NCBI GenBank assembly: GCA_040954595.2 | Contig: CM082594.2 | Location: 8,005,573 to 8,069,572 of the forward strand | Direction: 5' to 3' | Source of the DNA: Balanoglossus misakiensis | Lineage: Eukaryota > Animalia > Hemichordata | DNA: 64,000 bases | Part shown: one piece after another, positions 51,801 to 64,000 of the stretch | Layout: each line of letters starts with the position of its first letter | Numbering within the stretch: position 1 is the stretch's first letter | Position numbers and translations under genes: made by a program | The notes under the pieces: model-generated | The model's database searches: none | What the model was told of the DNA's origin: nothing | What the model saw: the letters and a program-made list of their open reading frames with translations, nothing else

Positions 51801-54800
51801 AAATGAGAATTTTTCGACTTTGCGGAATTTCAAAATTTGGCCGATTTTTGAAAAAATCATGGGTTATAGCTCATGAAAATCATCCAAAAATGAGAATTTT
51901 TCGACTTTGCGGAATTTCAAAATTTGGCCGATTTTTGAAAAAATCATGGGTTATAGCTCATGAAAATCATCCAAAAATGAGATTTTTTCGACTTTGCGGA
52001 ATTTCAAAATTTGGCCGATTTTTGAAAAAATCATGGGTTATAGCTCATGAAAATCATCCAAAAATGAGAATTTTTCGACTTTGCGGAATTTCAAAATTTG
52101 GCCGATTTTTGAAAAAATCATGGGTTATAGCTCATGAAAATCATCCAAAAATGAGAATTTTTCGACTTTGCGGAATTTCAAAATTTGGCCGATTTTTGAA
52201 AAAATCATGGGTTATAGCTCATGAAAATCATCCAAAAATGAGAATTTTTCGACTTTGCGGAATTTCAAAATTTGGCCGATTTTTGAAAAAATCATGGGTT
52301 ATAGCTCATGAAAATCATCCAAAAATGAGAATTTTTCGACTTTGCGGAATTTCAAAATTTGGCCGATTTTTGAAAAAATCATGGGTTATAGCTCATGAAA
52401 ATCATCCAAAAATGAGAATTTTTCGACTTTGCGGAATTTCAAAATTTGGCCGATTTTTGAAAAAATCATGGGTTATAGCTCATGAAAATAATCCAAAAAT
52501 GAGAATTTTTCGACTTTGGGGAATTTCAAAATTTGGCCGATTTTTGAAAAAATCATGGGTTATAGCTCATGAAAATCATCCAAAAATGAGAATTTTTCGA
52601 CTTTGGGGAATTTCAAAATTTGGCCGATTTTTGAAAAAATCATGGGTTATAGCTCATGAAAATCATCCAAAAATGAGAATTTTTCGACTTTGGGGAATTT
52701 CAAAATTTGGCCGATTTTTGAAAAAATCATGGGTTATAGCTCATGAAAATCATCCAAAAATGAGAATTTTTCGACTTTGCGGAATTTCAAAATTTGGCCG
52801 ATTTTTGAAAAAATCATGGGTTATAGCTCATGAAAATCATCCAAAAATGAGAATTTTTCGACTTTGGGGAATTTCAAAATTTGGCCGATTTTTGAAAAAA
52901 TCATGGGTTATAGCTCATGAAAATCGTCCAAAAATGAGAATTTTTCGACTTTGGGGAATTTCAAAATTTGGCCGATTTTTGAAAAAATCATGGGTTATAG
53001 CTCATGAAAATCGTCCAAAAATGAGAATTTTTCGACTTTGGGGAATTTCAAAATTTGGCCGATTTTTGAAAAAATCATGGGTTATAGCTCATGAAAATCG
53101 TCCAAAAATGAGAATTTTTCGACTTTGGGGAATTTCAAAATTTGGCCGGTTTTTGAAAAAATCATGGGTTATAGCTCATGAAAATCGTCCAAAAATGAGA
53201 ATTTTTCGACTTTGGGGAATTTCAAAATTTGGCCGGTTTTTCAAAAAATCATGGGTTATAGCTCATGAAAATCGTCCAAAAATGAGAATTTTTCGACTTT
53301 GGGGAATTTCAAAATTTGGCCGATTTTTGAAAAAATCATGGGTTATAGCTCATGAAAATCGTCCAAAAATGAGAATTTTTCGACTTTGGGGAATTTCAAA
53401 ATTTGGCCGATTTTTGAAAAAATCATGGGTTATAGCTCATGAAAATCATCCAAAAATGAGAATTTTTCGACTTTGCGGAATTTCAAAATTTGGCCGATTT
53501 TTGAAAAAATCATGGGTTATAGCTCATGAAAATCGTCCAAAAATGAGAATTTTTCGACTTTGCGGAATTTCAAAATTTGGCCGATTTTTGAAAAAATCAT
53601 GGGTTATAGCTCATGAAAATCGTCCAAAAATGAGAATTTTTCGACTTTGCGGAATTTCAAAATTTGGCCGATTTTTGAAAAAATCATGGGTTATAGCTCA
53701 TGAAAATCGTCCAAAAATGAGAATTTTTCGACTTTGCGGAATTTCAAAATTTGGCCGATTTTTGAAAAAATCATGGGTTATAGCTCATGAAAATCGTCCA
53801 AAAATGAGAATTTTTCGACTTTGGGGAATTTCAAAATTTCGCCGATTTTTGAAAAAATCATGGGTTATAGCTCATGAAAATCGTCCAAAAATGAGAATTT
53901 TTCGACTTTGCGGAATTTCAAAATTTGGCCGATTTTTGAAAAAATCATGGGTTATAGCTCATGAAAATCGTCCAAAAATGAGAATTTTTCGACTTTGGGG
54001 AATTTCAAAATTTGGCCGATTTTTGAAAAAATCATGGGCTATAGCTCATGAAAATCATCCAAAAATGAGAATTTTTCGACTTTGCGGAATTTCAAAATTT
54101 GGCCGATTTTTGAAAAAATCATGGGTTATAGCTCATGAAAATCATCCAAAAATGAGAATTTTTCGACTTTGCGGAATTTCAAAATTTGGCCGATTTTTGA
54201 AAAAATCATGGGTTATAGCTCATGAAAATCATCCAAAAATGAGAATTTTTCGACTTTGCGGAATTTCAAAATTTGGCCGATTTTTGAAAAAATCATGGGT
54301 TATAGCTCATGAAAATCATCCAAAAATGAGAATTTTTCGACTTTGCGGAATTTCAAAATTTGGCCGATTTTTGAAAAAATCATGGGTTATAGCTCATGAA
54401 AATCATCCAAAAATGAGATTTTTTCGACTTTGCGGAATTTCAAAATTTGGCCGATTTTTGAAAAAATCATGGGTTATAGCTCATGAAAATCATCCAAAAA
54501 TGAGAATTTTTCGACTTTGCGGAATTTCAAAATTTGGCCGATTTTTGAAAAAATCATGGGTTATAGCTCATGAAAATCATCCAAAAATGAGAATTTTTCG
54601 ACTTTGCGGAATTTCAAAATTTGGCCGATTTTTGAAAAAATCATGGGTTATAGCTCAGGAAAATCATCCAAAAATGAGAATTTTTCGACTTTGCGGAATT
54701 TCAAAATTTGGCCGATTTTTGAAAAAATCATGGGTTATAGCTCAGGAAAATCATCCAAAAATGAGAATTTTTCGACTTTGCGGAATTTCAAAATTTGGCC

Positions 54801-57800
54801 GATTTTTGAAAAAATCATGGGTTATAGCTCAGGAAAATCATCCAAAAATGAGAATTTTTCGACTTTGCGGAATTTCAAAATTTGGCCGATTTTTGAAAAA
54901 ATCATGGGTTATAGCTCATGAAAATCATCCAAAAATGAGATTTTTTTGACTTTGCGGAATTTCAAAATTTGGCCGATTTTTGAAAAAATCATGGGTTATA
55001 GCTCATGAAAATCATCCAAAAATGAGAATTTTTCGACTTTGCGGAATTTCAAAATTTGGCCGATTTTTGAAAAAATCATGGGTTATAGCTCATGAAAATC
55101 ATCCAAAAATGAGAATTTTTCGACTTTGCGGAATTTCAAAATTTGGCCGATTTTTGAAAAAATCATGGGTTATAGCTCATGAAAATCATCCAAAAATGAG
55201 AATTTTTCGACTTTGCGGAATTTCAAAATTTGGCCGATTTTTGAAAAAATCATGGGTTATAGCTCATGAAAATCATCCAAAAATGAGAATTTTTCGACTT
55301 TGCGGAATTTCAAAATTTGGCCGATTTTTGAAAAAATCATGGGTTATAGCTCATGAAAATCATCCAAAAATGAGAATTTTTCGACTTTGCGGAATTTCAA
55401 AATTTGGCCGATTTTTGAAAAAATCATGGGTTATAGCTCATGAAAATCATCCAAAAATGAGAATTTTTCGACTTTGCGGAATTTCAAAATTTGGCCGATT
55501 TTTGAAAAAATCATGGGTTAAAGCTCATGAAAATCATCCAAAAATGAGAATTTTTCGACTTTGCGGAATTTCAAAATTTGGCCGATTTTTGAAAAAATCA
55601 TGGGTTATAGCTCATGAAAATCATCCAAAAATGAGAATTTTTCGACTTTGCGGAATTTCAAAATTTGGCCGATTTTTGAAAAAATCATGGGTTATAGCTC
55701 AGGAAAATCATCCAAAAATGAGAATTTTTCGACTTTGCGGAATTTCAAAATTTGGCCGATTTTTGAAAAAATCATGGGTTATAGCTCATGAAAATCATCC
55801 AAAAATGAGAATTTTTCGACTTTGCGGAATTTCAAAATTTGGCCGATTTTTGAAAAAATCATGGGTTATAGCTCATGAAAATCATCCAAAAATGAGATTT
55901 TTTCGACTTTGCGGAATTTCAAAATTTGGCCGATTTTTGAAAAAATCATGGGTTATAGCTCATGAAAATCATCCAAAAATGAGAATTTTTCGACTTTGCG
56001 GAATTTCAAAATTTGGCCGATTTTTGAAAAAATCATGGGTTATAGCTCATGAAAATCATCCAAAAATGAGAATTTTTCGACTTTGCGGAATTTCAAAATT
56101 TGGCCGATTTTTGAAAAAATCATGGGTTATAGCTCATGAAAATCATCCAAAAATGAGAATTTTTCGACTTTGCGGAATTTCAAAATTTGGCCGATTTTTG
56201 AAAAAATCATGGGTTATAGCTCATGAAAATCATCCAAAAATGAGAATTTTTCGACTTTGCGGAATTTCAAAATTTGGCCGATTTTTGAAAAAATCATGGG
56301 TTATAGCTCATGAAAATCATCCAAAAATGAGATTTTTTCGACTTTGCGGAATTTCAAAATTTGGCCGATTTTTGAAAAAATCATGGGTTATAGCTCATGA
56401 AAATCATCCAAAAATGAGAATTTTTCGACTTTGCGGAATTTCAAAATTTGGCCGATTTTTGAAAAAATCATGGGTTATAGCTCATGAAAATCATCCAAAA
56501 ATGAGATTTTTTCGACTTTGCGGAATTTCAAAATTTGGCCGATTTTTGAAAAAATCATGGGTTATAGCTCATGAAAATCATCCAAAAATGAGAATTTTTC
56601 GACTTTGCGGAATTTCAAAATTTGGCCGATTTTTGAAAAAATCATGGGTTATAGCTCATGAAAATCATCCAAAAATGAGAATTTTTCGACTTTGCGGAAT
56701 TTCAAAATTTGGCCGATTTTTGAAAAAATCATGGGTTATAGCTCATGAAAATCATCCAAAAATGAGAATTTTTCGACTTTGCGGAATTTCAAAATTTGGC
56801 CGATTTTTGAAAAAATCATGGGTTATAGCTCATGAAAATCATCCAAAAATGAGATTTTTTCGACTTTGCGGAATTTCAAAATTTGGCCGATTTTTGAAAA
56901 AATCATGGGTTATAGCTCATGAAAATCATCCAAAAATGAGAATTTTTCGACTTTGCGGAATTTCAAAATTTGGCCGATTTTTGAAAAAATCATGGGTTAT
57001 AGCTCAGGAAAATCATCCAAAAATGAGAATTTTTCGACTTTGCGGAATTTCAAAATTTGGCCGATTTTTGAAAAAATCATGGGTTATAGCTCAGGAAAAT
57101 CATCCAAAAATGAGAATTTTTCGACTTTGCGGAATTTCAAAATTTGGCCGATTTTTGAAAAAATCATGGGTTATAGCTCAGGAAAATCATCCAAAAATGA
57201 GAATTTTTCGACTTTGCGGAATTTCAAAATTTGGCCGATTTTTGAAAAAATCATGGGTAATAGCTCAGGAAAATCATCCAAAAATGAGAATTTTTCGACT
57301 TTGCGGAATTTCAAAATTTGGCCGATTTTTGAAAAAATCATGGGTTATAGCTCAGGAAAATCATCCAAAAATGAGAATTTTTCGACTTTGCGGAATTTCA
57401 AAATTTGGCCGATTTTTGAAAAAATCATGGGTTATAGCTCAGGAAAATCATCCAAAAATGAGAATTTTTCGACTTTGCGGAATTTCAAAATTTGGCCGAT
57501 TTTTGAAAAAATCATGGGTTATAGCTCATGAAAATCATCCAAAAATGAGAATTTTTCGACTTTGCGGAATTTCAAAATTTGGCCGATTTTTGAAAAAATC
57601 ATGGGTTATAGCTCATGAAAATCATCCAAAAATGAGAATTTTTCGACTATGCGGAATTTCAATATTTGGCCGATTTTTGAAAAAATCATGGGTTATAGCT
57701 CATGAAAATCATCCAAAAATGAGAATTTTTCGACTTTGCGGAATTTCAAAATTTGGCCGATTTTTGAAAAAATCATGGGTTATAGCTCATGAAAATCATC

Positions 57801-60365
57801 CAAAAATGAGAATTTTTCGACTTTGCGGAATTTCAAAATTTGGCCGATTTTTGAAAAAATCATGGGTTATAGCTCATGAAAATCATCCAAAAATGAGAAT
57901 TTTTCGACTTTGCGTAATTTCAAAATTTGGCCGATATTTGAAAAAATCATGGGTTATAGCTCATGAAAATCATCCAAAAATGAGAATTTTTCGACTTTGC
58001 GGAATTTCAAAATTTGGCCGATTTTTGAAAAAATCATGGGTTATAGCTCATGAAAATCATCCAAAAATGAGAATTTTTCGACTTTGCGGAATTTCAAAAT
58101 TTGGCCGATTTTTGAAAAAATCATGGGTTATAGCTCATGAAAATCATCCAAAAATGAGATTTTTTCGACTTTGCGGAATTTCAAAATTTGGCCGATTTTT
58201 GAAAAAATCATGGGTTATAGCTCATGAAAATCATCCAAAAATGAGATTTTTTCGACTTTGCGGAATTTCAAAATTTGGCCGATTTTTGAAAAAATCATGG
58301 GTTATAGCTCATGAAAATCATCCAAAAATGAGAATTTTTCGACTTTGCGGAATTTCAAAATTTGGCCGATTTTTGAAAAAATCATGGGTTATAGCTCATG
58401 AAAATCATCCAAAAATGAGAATTTTTCGACTTTGCGGAATTTCAAAATTTGGCCGATTTTTGAAAAAATCATGGGTTATAGCTCATGAAAATCATCCAAA
58501 AATGAGAATTTTTCGACTTTGCGGAATTTCAAAATTTGGCCGATTTTTGAAAAAATCATGGGTTATAGCTCATGAAAATCATCCAAAAATGAGAATTTTT
58601 CGACTTTGCGGAATTTCAAAATTTGGCCGATTTTTGAAAAAATCATGGGTTATAGCTCATGAAAATCATCCAAAAATGAGAATTTTTCGACTTTGCGGAA
58701 TTTCAAAATTTGGCCGATTTTTGAAAAAATCATGGGTTATAGCTCATGAAAATCATCCAAAAATGAGAATTTTTCGACTTTGCGGAATTTCAAAATTTGG
58801 CCGATTTTTGAAAAAATCATGGGTTATAGCTCATGAAAATCATCCAAAAATGAGAATTTTTCGACTTTGCGGAATTTCAAAATTTGGCCGATTTTTGAAA
58901 AAATCATGGGTTATAGCTCATGAAAATCATCCAAAAATGAGAATTTTTCGACTTTGCGGAATTTCAAAATTTGGCCGATTTTTGAAAAAATCATGGGTTA
59001 TAGCTCATGAAAATCATCCAAAAATGAGAATTTTTCGACTTTGCGGAATTTCAAAATTTGGCCGATTTTTGAAAAAATCATGGGTTATAGCTCATGAAAA
59101 TCATCCAAAAATGAGAATTTTTCGACTTTGCGGAATTTCAAAATTTGGCCGATTTTTGAAAAAATCATGGGTTATAGCTCAGGAAAATCATCCAAAAATG
59201 AGAATTTTTCGACTTTGCGGAATTTCAAAATTTGGCCGATTTTTGAAAAAAATCATGGGTTATAGCTCAGGAAAATCATCCAAAAATGAGAATTTTTCGA
59301 CTTTGCGGAATTTCAAAATTTGGCCGATTTTTGAAAAAATCATGGGTTATAGCTCATGAAAATCATCCAAAAATGAGAATTTTTCGACTTTGCGGAATTT
59401 CAAAATTTGGCCGATTTTTGAAAAAATCATGGGTTATAGCTCATGAAAATCATCCAAAAATGAGAATTTTTCGACTTTGGGGAATTTCAAAATTTGGCCG
59501 ATTTTTGAAAAAATCATGGGTTATAGCTCAGGAAAATCATCCAAAAATGAGAATTTTTCGACTTTGCGGAATTTCAAAATTTGGCCGATTTTTGAAAAAA
59601 TCATGGGTTATAGCTCAGGAAAATCATCCAAAAATGAGAATTTTTCGACTTTGCGGAATTTCAAAATTTGGCCGATTTTTGAAAAAATCATGGGTTATAG
59701 CTCAGGAAAATCATCCAAAAATGAGAATTTTTCGACTTTGCGGAATTTCAAAATTTGGCCGATTTTTGAAAAAATCATGGGTTATAGCTCAGGAAAATCA
59801 TCCAAAAATGAGAATTTTTCGACTTTGCGGAATTTCAAAATTTGGCCGATTTTTGAAAAAATCATGGGTTATAGCTCAGGAAAATCATCCAAAAATGAGA
59901 ATTTTTCGACTTTGCGGAATTTCAAAATTTGGCCGATTTTTGAAAAAATCATGGGTTATAGCTCAGGAAAATCATCCAAAAATGAGAATTTTTCGACTTT
60001 GCGGAATTTCAAAATTTGGCCGATTTTTGAAAAAATCATGGGTTATAGCTCATGAAAATCATCCAAAAATGAGAATTTTTCGACTTTGCGGAATTTCAAA
60101 ATTTGGCCGATTTTTGAAAAAATCATGGGTTATAGCTCATGAAAATCATCCAAAAATGAGAATTTTTCGACTTTGCGGAATTTCAAAATTTGGCCGATTT
60201 TTGAAAAAATCATGGGTTATAGCTCATGAAAATCATCCAAAAATGAGAATTTTTCGACTTTGCGGAATTTCAAAATTTGGTCGATTTTTGTCATTTTTGG
60301 ACATTTTTCATGGGTTATAGCTCATGAAAATTGTCAAAAAATGACAAATTCTTGACTTTCTGAAT
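42895..60365. repeat. 87-bp satellite DNA array, ~200 tandem copies
   Basis: Consensus aaaaaatcatgggttatagctcatgaaaatcatccaaaaatgagaatttttcgactttgcggaatttcaaaatttggccgatttttg repeated head-to-tail; interior copies differ at only a few recurrent positions; diverged monomers at both edges. Confidence 0.98.
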
Positions 60366-61086
60366 TTTTGAGGATTGCAATTGTAATGACAGTCTAGTTT
60401 AATGACCTCAAATCTGTCTCATTTTTGCAACATGACTAGCTTTCACACAAAAACAAATACACATAAATGCACCCATACCCGAAGTAGAGTACACCCAAAG
60501 ATAATTTTCATACAGGTTGAATTGGATTCAATTTATTTCTGTGTCTCAATTATAAATTTATGTTACATATCATTTTACGTCACTAATCTGCATACAACTT
60601 GCAAATGCAATGTTTTAATTTATTCAAAAAACATTAGTTTAAATCAGATATTCCTTGTCAACGTATATAGAAAACCAATATCATTCTGGTTTTGCAAGAA
60701 AAAGGCAATTTACTTATCTTCAATAGTGAGCCCCAATAAACAGAATTTTTTAAAAGCATTTACATGATTTAACGTACAATTATGTTTACAGATGTTGGCT
60801 GTCTTATACCAGGATCACACGGTAAAATTTGAGACACTATTTGCGTATGGTAAACACAGCGTTCATCCTTTGAGTTGTGTAGTGTCCACACACACAAAAA
60901 TTCTGTGTAATTGTGTTCAGTCCCATAGACAATTGAACAAATTGAAGAAATAATAAATGAATAGCAACTAAAATATATATGCCCCCCCCCCCCAAACATG
61001 TACACCTCAAACTGCTAGGAAAAATTATCAAAAATATATTGACATCATCTGAAGTCAAGATAAACACCAATACTTTGAAAATTCCA

Positions 61087-63701
61087 TCATTTTAGTGGAT
61101 AATATTTGACACCAGGCATAACACACAGCATCTCGAATAGAAGGTTGGCACCAAGCAAAGCTGTTGTACCAGTGGGATCATAGGGTGGAGACACCTGTTG
61201 AACCAATCACAGTACATTGCTTTTAGATAGATTTTTATATGGAAAGTGCCAAGTACATCATTGCTTTCAGATATTGAATCCTGGTATTGTATTCTACATC
61301 AGTCAAGTTTCATTCAGGAATGAGTTAGAAATTATCCACAAATTCAAAGATGGTAAACTCAGCCATGCATTAAATAACAAGTCAGTCTCTTTGACTTACC
61401 TCAACCAAATCTCCACCGACTATGTTAAGACCTTTACAGCCTCTGATGATCTCAACGCCCTGTATAGGAGTCAAGCCAGCAATCTCTGGTGTACCTGATG
61501 TAGAGATATCAGATATGGTCGGTAAAAAACCCCAAATAACTATAATACAAAGTAACTTGTTGTCATTAAAACCATGTACACCCTATGTGTGATATTATTA
61601 AATTACATCACACACACACACATATATATACATACTGCCACACATACTGTTATACATACATACATACATACATACATACATACATACATACATACATACA
61701 TACATACATACATACATACATACATACATACATACATACATACATACATACATACATACATACATACATACATACAGACATACAGACATACAGACACACA
61801 CATATACTGCCACATATACTGTCATACATACATACATAGACAATATTAATGGCCACTACTGGTACTACATAAACACATGGGAGCTATAAACTCATGGCTT
61901 ACCTGTACCTGGCGCAAAACCAGGGTCAATAGCATCAATATCAAAACTAATATACACTGGACCATCACCCATCTGTTGTCGCACTTTCTCCATCAGTGGT
62001 GTCATCGATTTGTGCCAACACTCTTCTGCAGTGACCACTTCAAAACCCTGGGAGAAAATTACAAAACATTCTTGAACAATTTGATAATCTTAATATCAGG
62101 TTTTATAATGGTAATTTGCCAGTTTGTCTTTCCTAGACAGGTGTTCATAGTTAATATGTAAATACACATTTTACCTGGTCTCTTTGCCATGTGTGAGATA
62201 TACCAGTATAATTAGAGCCCCGTAGTCCGATCTGAATGACTCGCTTACAATCCAATATTCCATCATCCACACATCTACGGAAGGGTGTTCCGTGGGCGAT
62301 CTTTTCATCCAGCATAGTGTCTGTCACATCGGCATGAGCGTCAACATGGACTAGACCTACAGGACCGTGTTTTTCCTGATCAACGAAGAAATGCAAAAAA
62401 TGGACTAATCCATTGAAATTTATTAAGGTTCGGTTGAAGTTGAAATCAAATATTTTTTTGTACAATTATCTGTATTTATTAGGGGAAAGTATGCTTCTCA
62501 TGAAATACTCTGCCACTTTTTATGTCACTACCAAACATTTACGGTACACTACTTTGTAACAGAGATGTGTTTTCATCATTGTAGCTATGTGCGAAAATTC
62601 ACAGCATGATCTGTAGCAGGGGTTTGAGAGTTATCCTGTGTAGATGAGAGATATATTAAAAAGACATCAATTTTAGTGTTTGTATCCTAATGGGTTTCTG
62701 TAATTTTACGACAGCACAACATTTATGTTCAAACTTACAGCAATGGCCTTGATGACAGGATAACTCAAGGTGTGATCGCCCCCTAGAGTCAATGGTTTAC
62801 AATTATACGGCATGACGTTGGCCCTGTAGTAATCCGTGATATTTTGGCATGCTTTCTTCAAATCATATAAATTGATATTGACATCGCCAATATCAGCAAC
62901 TTGTAAGGATTCATATGGTGCAGCCCCTAGTGACAGAAAAAAATAAGATTAGAAAGTGTCAAAAAGTGTGGTTTAGGAGAAAACCCATGTAACAGAAACC
63001 TACAAAATAGCACCACCGTAATTTATGAATTTCATCTGTTTTTCATCAGCAGCTATTGGAACAAATAAACACTTATCTACCTGTACCACTATTATATGCA
63101 CGTACGAGAACTGATTCCGTACGAATCTGCCTTGGACCTAGCCTGGTTCCCGAACGATTAGAGACACCGATATCCAACGGAATGCCAAGAAAACAGACGT
63201 CTAATCCTGTGAGGAAAATTAACCACATAAAATATGTCAAAAAATTGAGGATTTACAACATCATTAATATGCAAGCCTGATATACATCAAACTCAGTCCT
63301 GACATGTTAAAACTTGCTAGATGTACAGTACGTGTGCTATATTTGAGTGAAAATGATTAATCCATTTCTCTATTCCACACAAACACACACAAATTAACAC
63401 ACACATATAAGCTCCCATCAATGATGATGGAGATTGCATAATAAATTACTAACACAGTACATTGCAGGCTTTTTTGCAAGGAACAATGATACTGACATCA
63501 CTTACCTTGGGCATCATTCTGTATCGGTAGTCTGAACATGGATGCAATTCCTCCAGATCGAGCCATTTCAAGGCCACTTAGAGGCTGGTTAAATTTTAGT
63601 GTTCTTGAAGATGTCACAATATTTCTTGAAAACTGGTGGGTGTGAGCACTAGCCACTCTCATTCTTGCCAAAAACACTCCCAATGATATCCTTGTTGCCA
63701 T
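61087..63701 (-). CDS. AGMAT: Agmatinase / guanidino acid hydrolase (ureohydrolase family), mitochondrial-type; multi-exon
   Basis: ARSGGIASMFRLP, GVSNRSGTRLGPRQIR, LGGDHT, VHVDAHAD, HGTPFRR, IQIGLRG, SFDIDAIDPGFAPG, TPEIAGLT, DLVEVSPPYD, ANLLFEMLCV; ATG 63701, TGA 61087-61089. Confidence 0.94.
61652..61776. repeat. (TACA)n microsatellite (~31 units) in an AGMAT intron
   Basis: Directly visible, with degenerate CA/TACA flanks. Confidence 0.97.
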
Positions 63702-64000
63702 GGTTATGTTGTTGAAAGATATCTGCATATGTCAGAAATAATGCAGAAAAGAAATCAACATCATTTTAACCCTAATACACACTGAAACTATACATACTCT
63801 TTATGTGGTTACAGCTTACATGTCAGAAATGGAATCGCTATGAGGAGATACGTGAAGGCATATTTGCCTCTCACGGACTCATGTCACCACTACCTGGGAA
63901 TACTGAAGCTACCAAGGCAATAGAAATTGTTCTGAAAATATACCAAAAGTAACTGACGTCATCCCTATATATATACATGTAATATGATGTGAATAGCCCT

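Noticed and set aside
43247-60320. Giant repeat-protein genes (547-1787 aa ORFs)
   Set aside because: They arise from an 87-bp (3n) unit that lacks a stop in one frame; variants are mostly non-synonymous, stops and frameshifts are present, and there are no unique termini or splice context.
42895-60365. CRISPR array
   Set aside because: No unique spacers; head-to-tail monomers in eukaryotic DNA with no cas genes.
42845-60391. ATGACA/TGACA as a target-site duplication around the array, with TTAC...GTAA ends
   Set aside because: The inverted match is only 4 bp and AATGACA is part of the edge monomer itself, so chance is a sufficient explanation.
61574-61856. HTYI / MYVC repeat ORFs
   Set aside because: Translations of the (TACA)n microsatellite in an AGMAT intron.

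Overview
Eukaryotic (metazoan) genomic DNA with GT-AG introns; the compact genes and repeat style suggest a marine invertebrate (inference only). It contains eight intron-containing genes. In order: a short EMI/EGF single-pass receptor of the CED-1/Draper/MEGF10 type with a very tyrosine-rich tail (+); PDSS1 (-), head-to-head with ANKMY2 (+); a sulfonylurea-receptor-type ABCC8/9 transporter (-); a SPATA2/Tamozhennic-like PUB + 3x RanBP2 zinc-finger gene (+); a PMP22/claudin-superfamily tetraspan lacking the ECL1 cysteines (+); TBC1D24/skywalker (+); and agmatinase AGMAT (-). Between the convergent 3' ends of TBC1D24 and AGMAT lies a ~17.5 kb, ~200-copy, 87-bp satellite array. It is highly homogeneous, shows nested 13/26/88-monomer duplications, has diverged edge monomers and is rich in short dyads. 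Its giant ORFs are most likely a by-product of a stop-free 87-bp unit. Two TTAA-flanked MITEs, microsatellites and RFX X-box motifs are also visible. All gene calls rest on motifs read by eye; no searches were run, and I found no firm evidence of a wholly new biological system.
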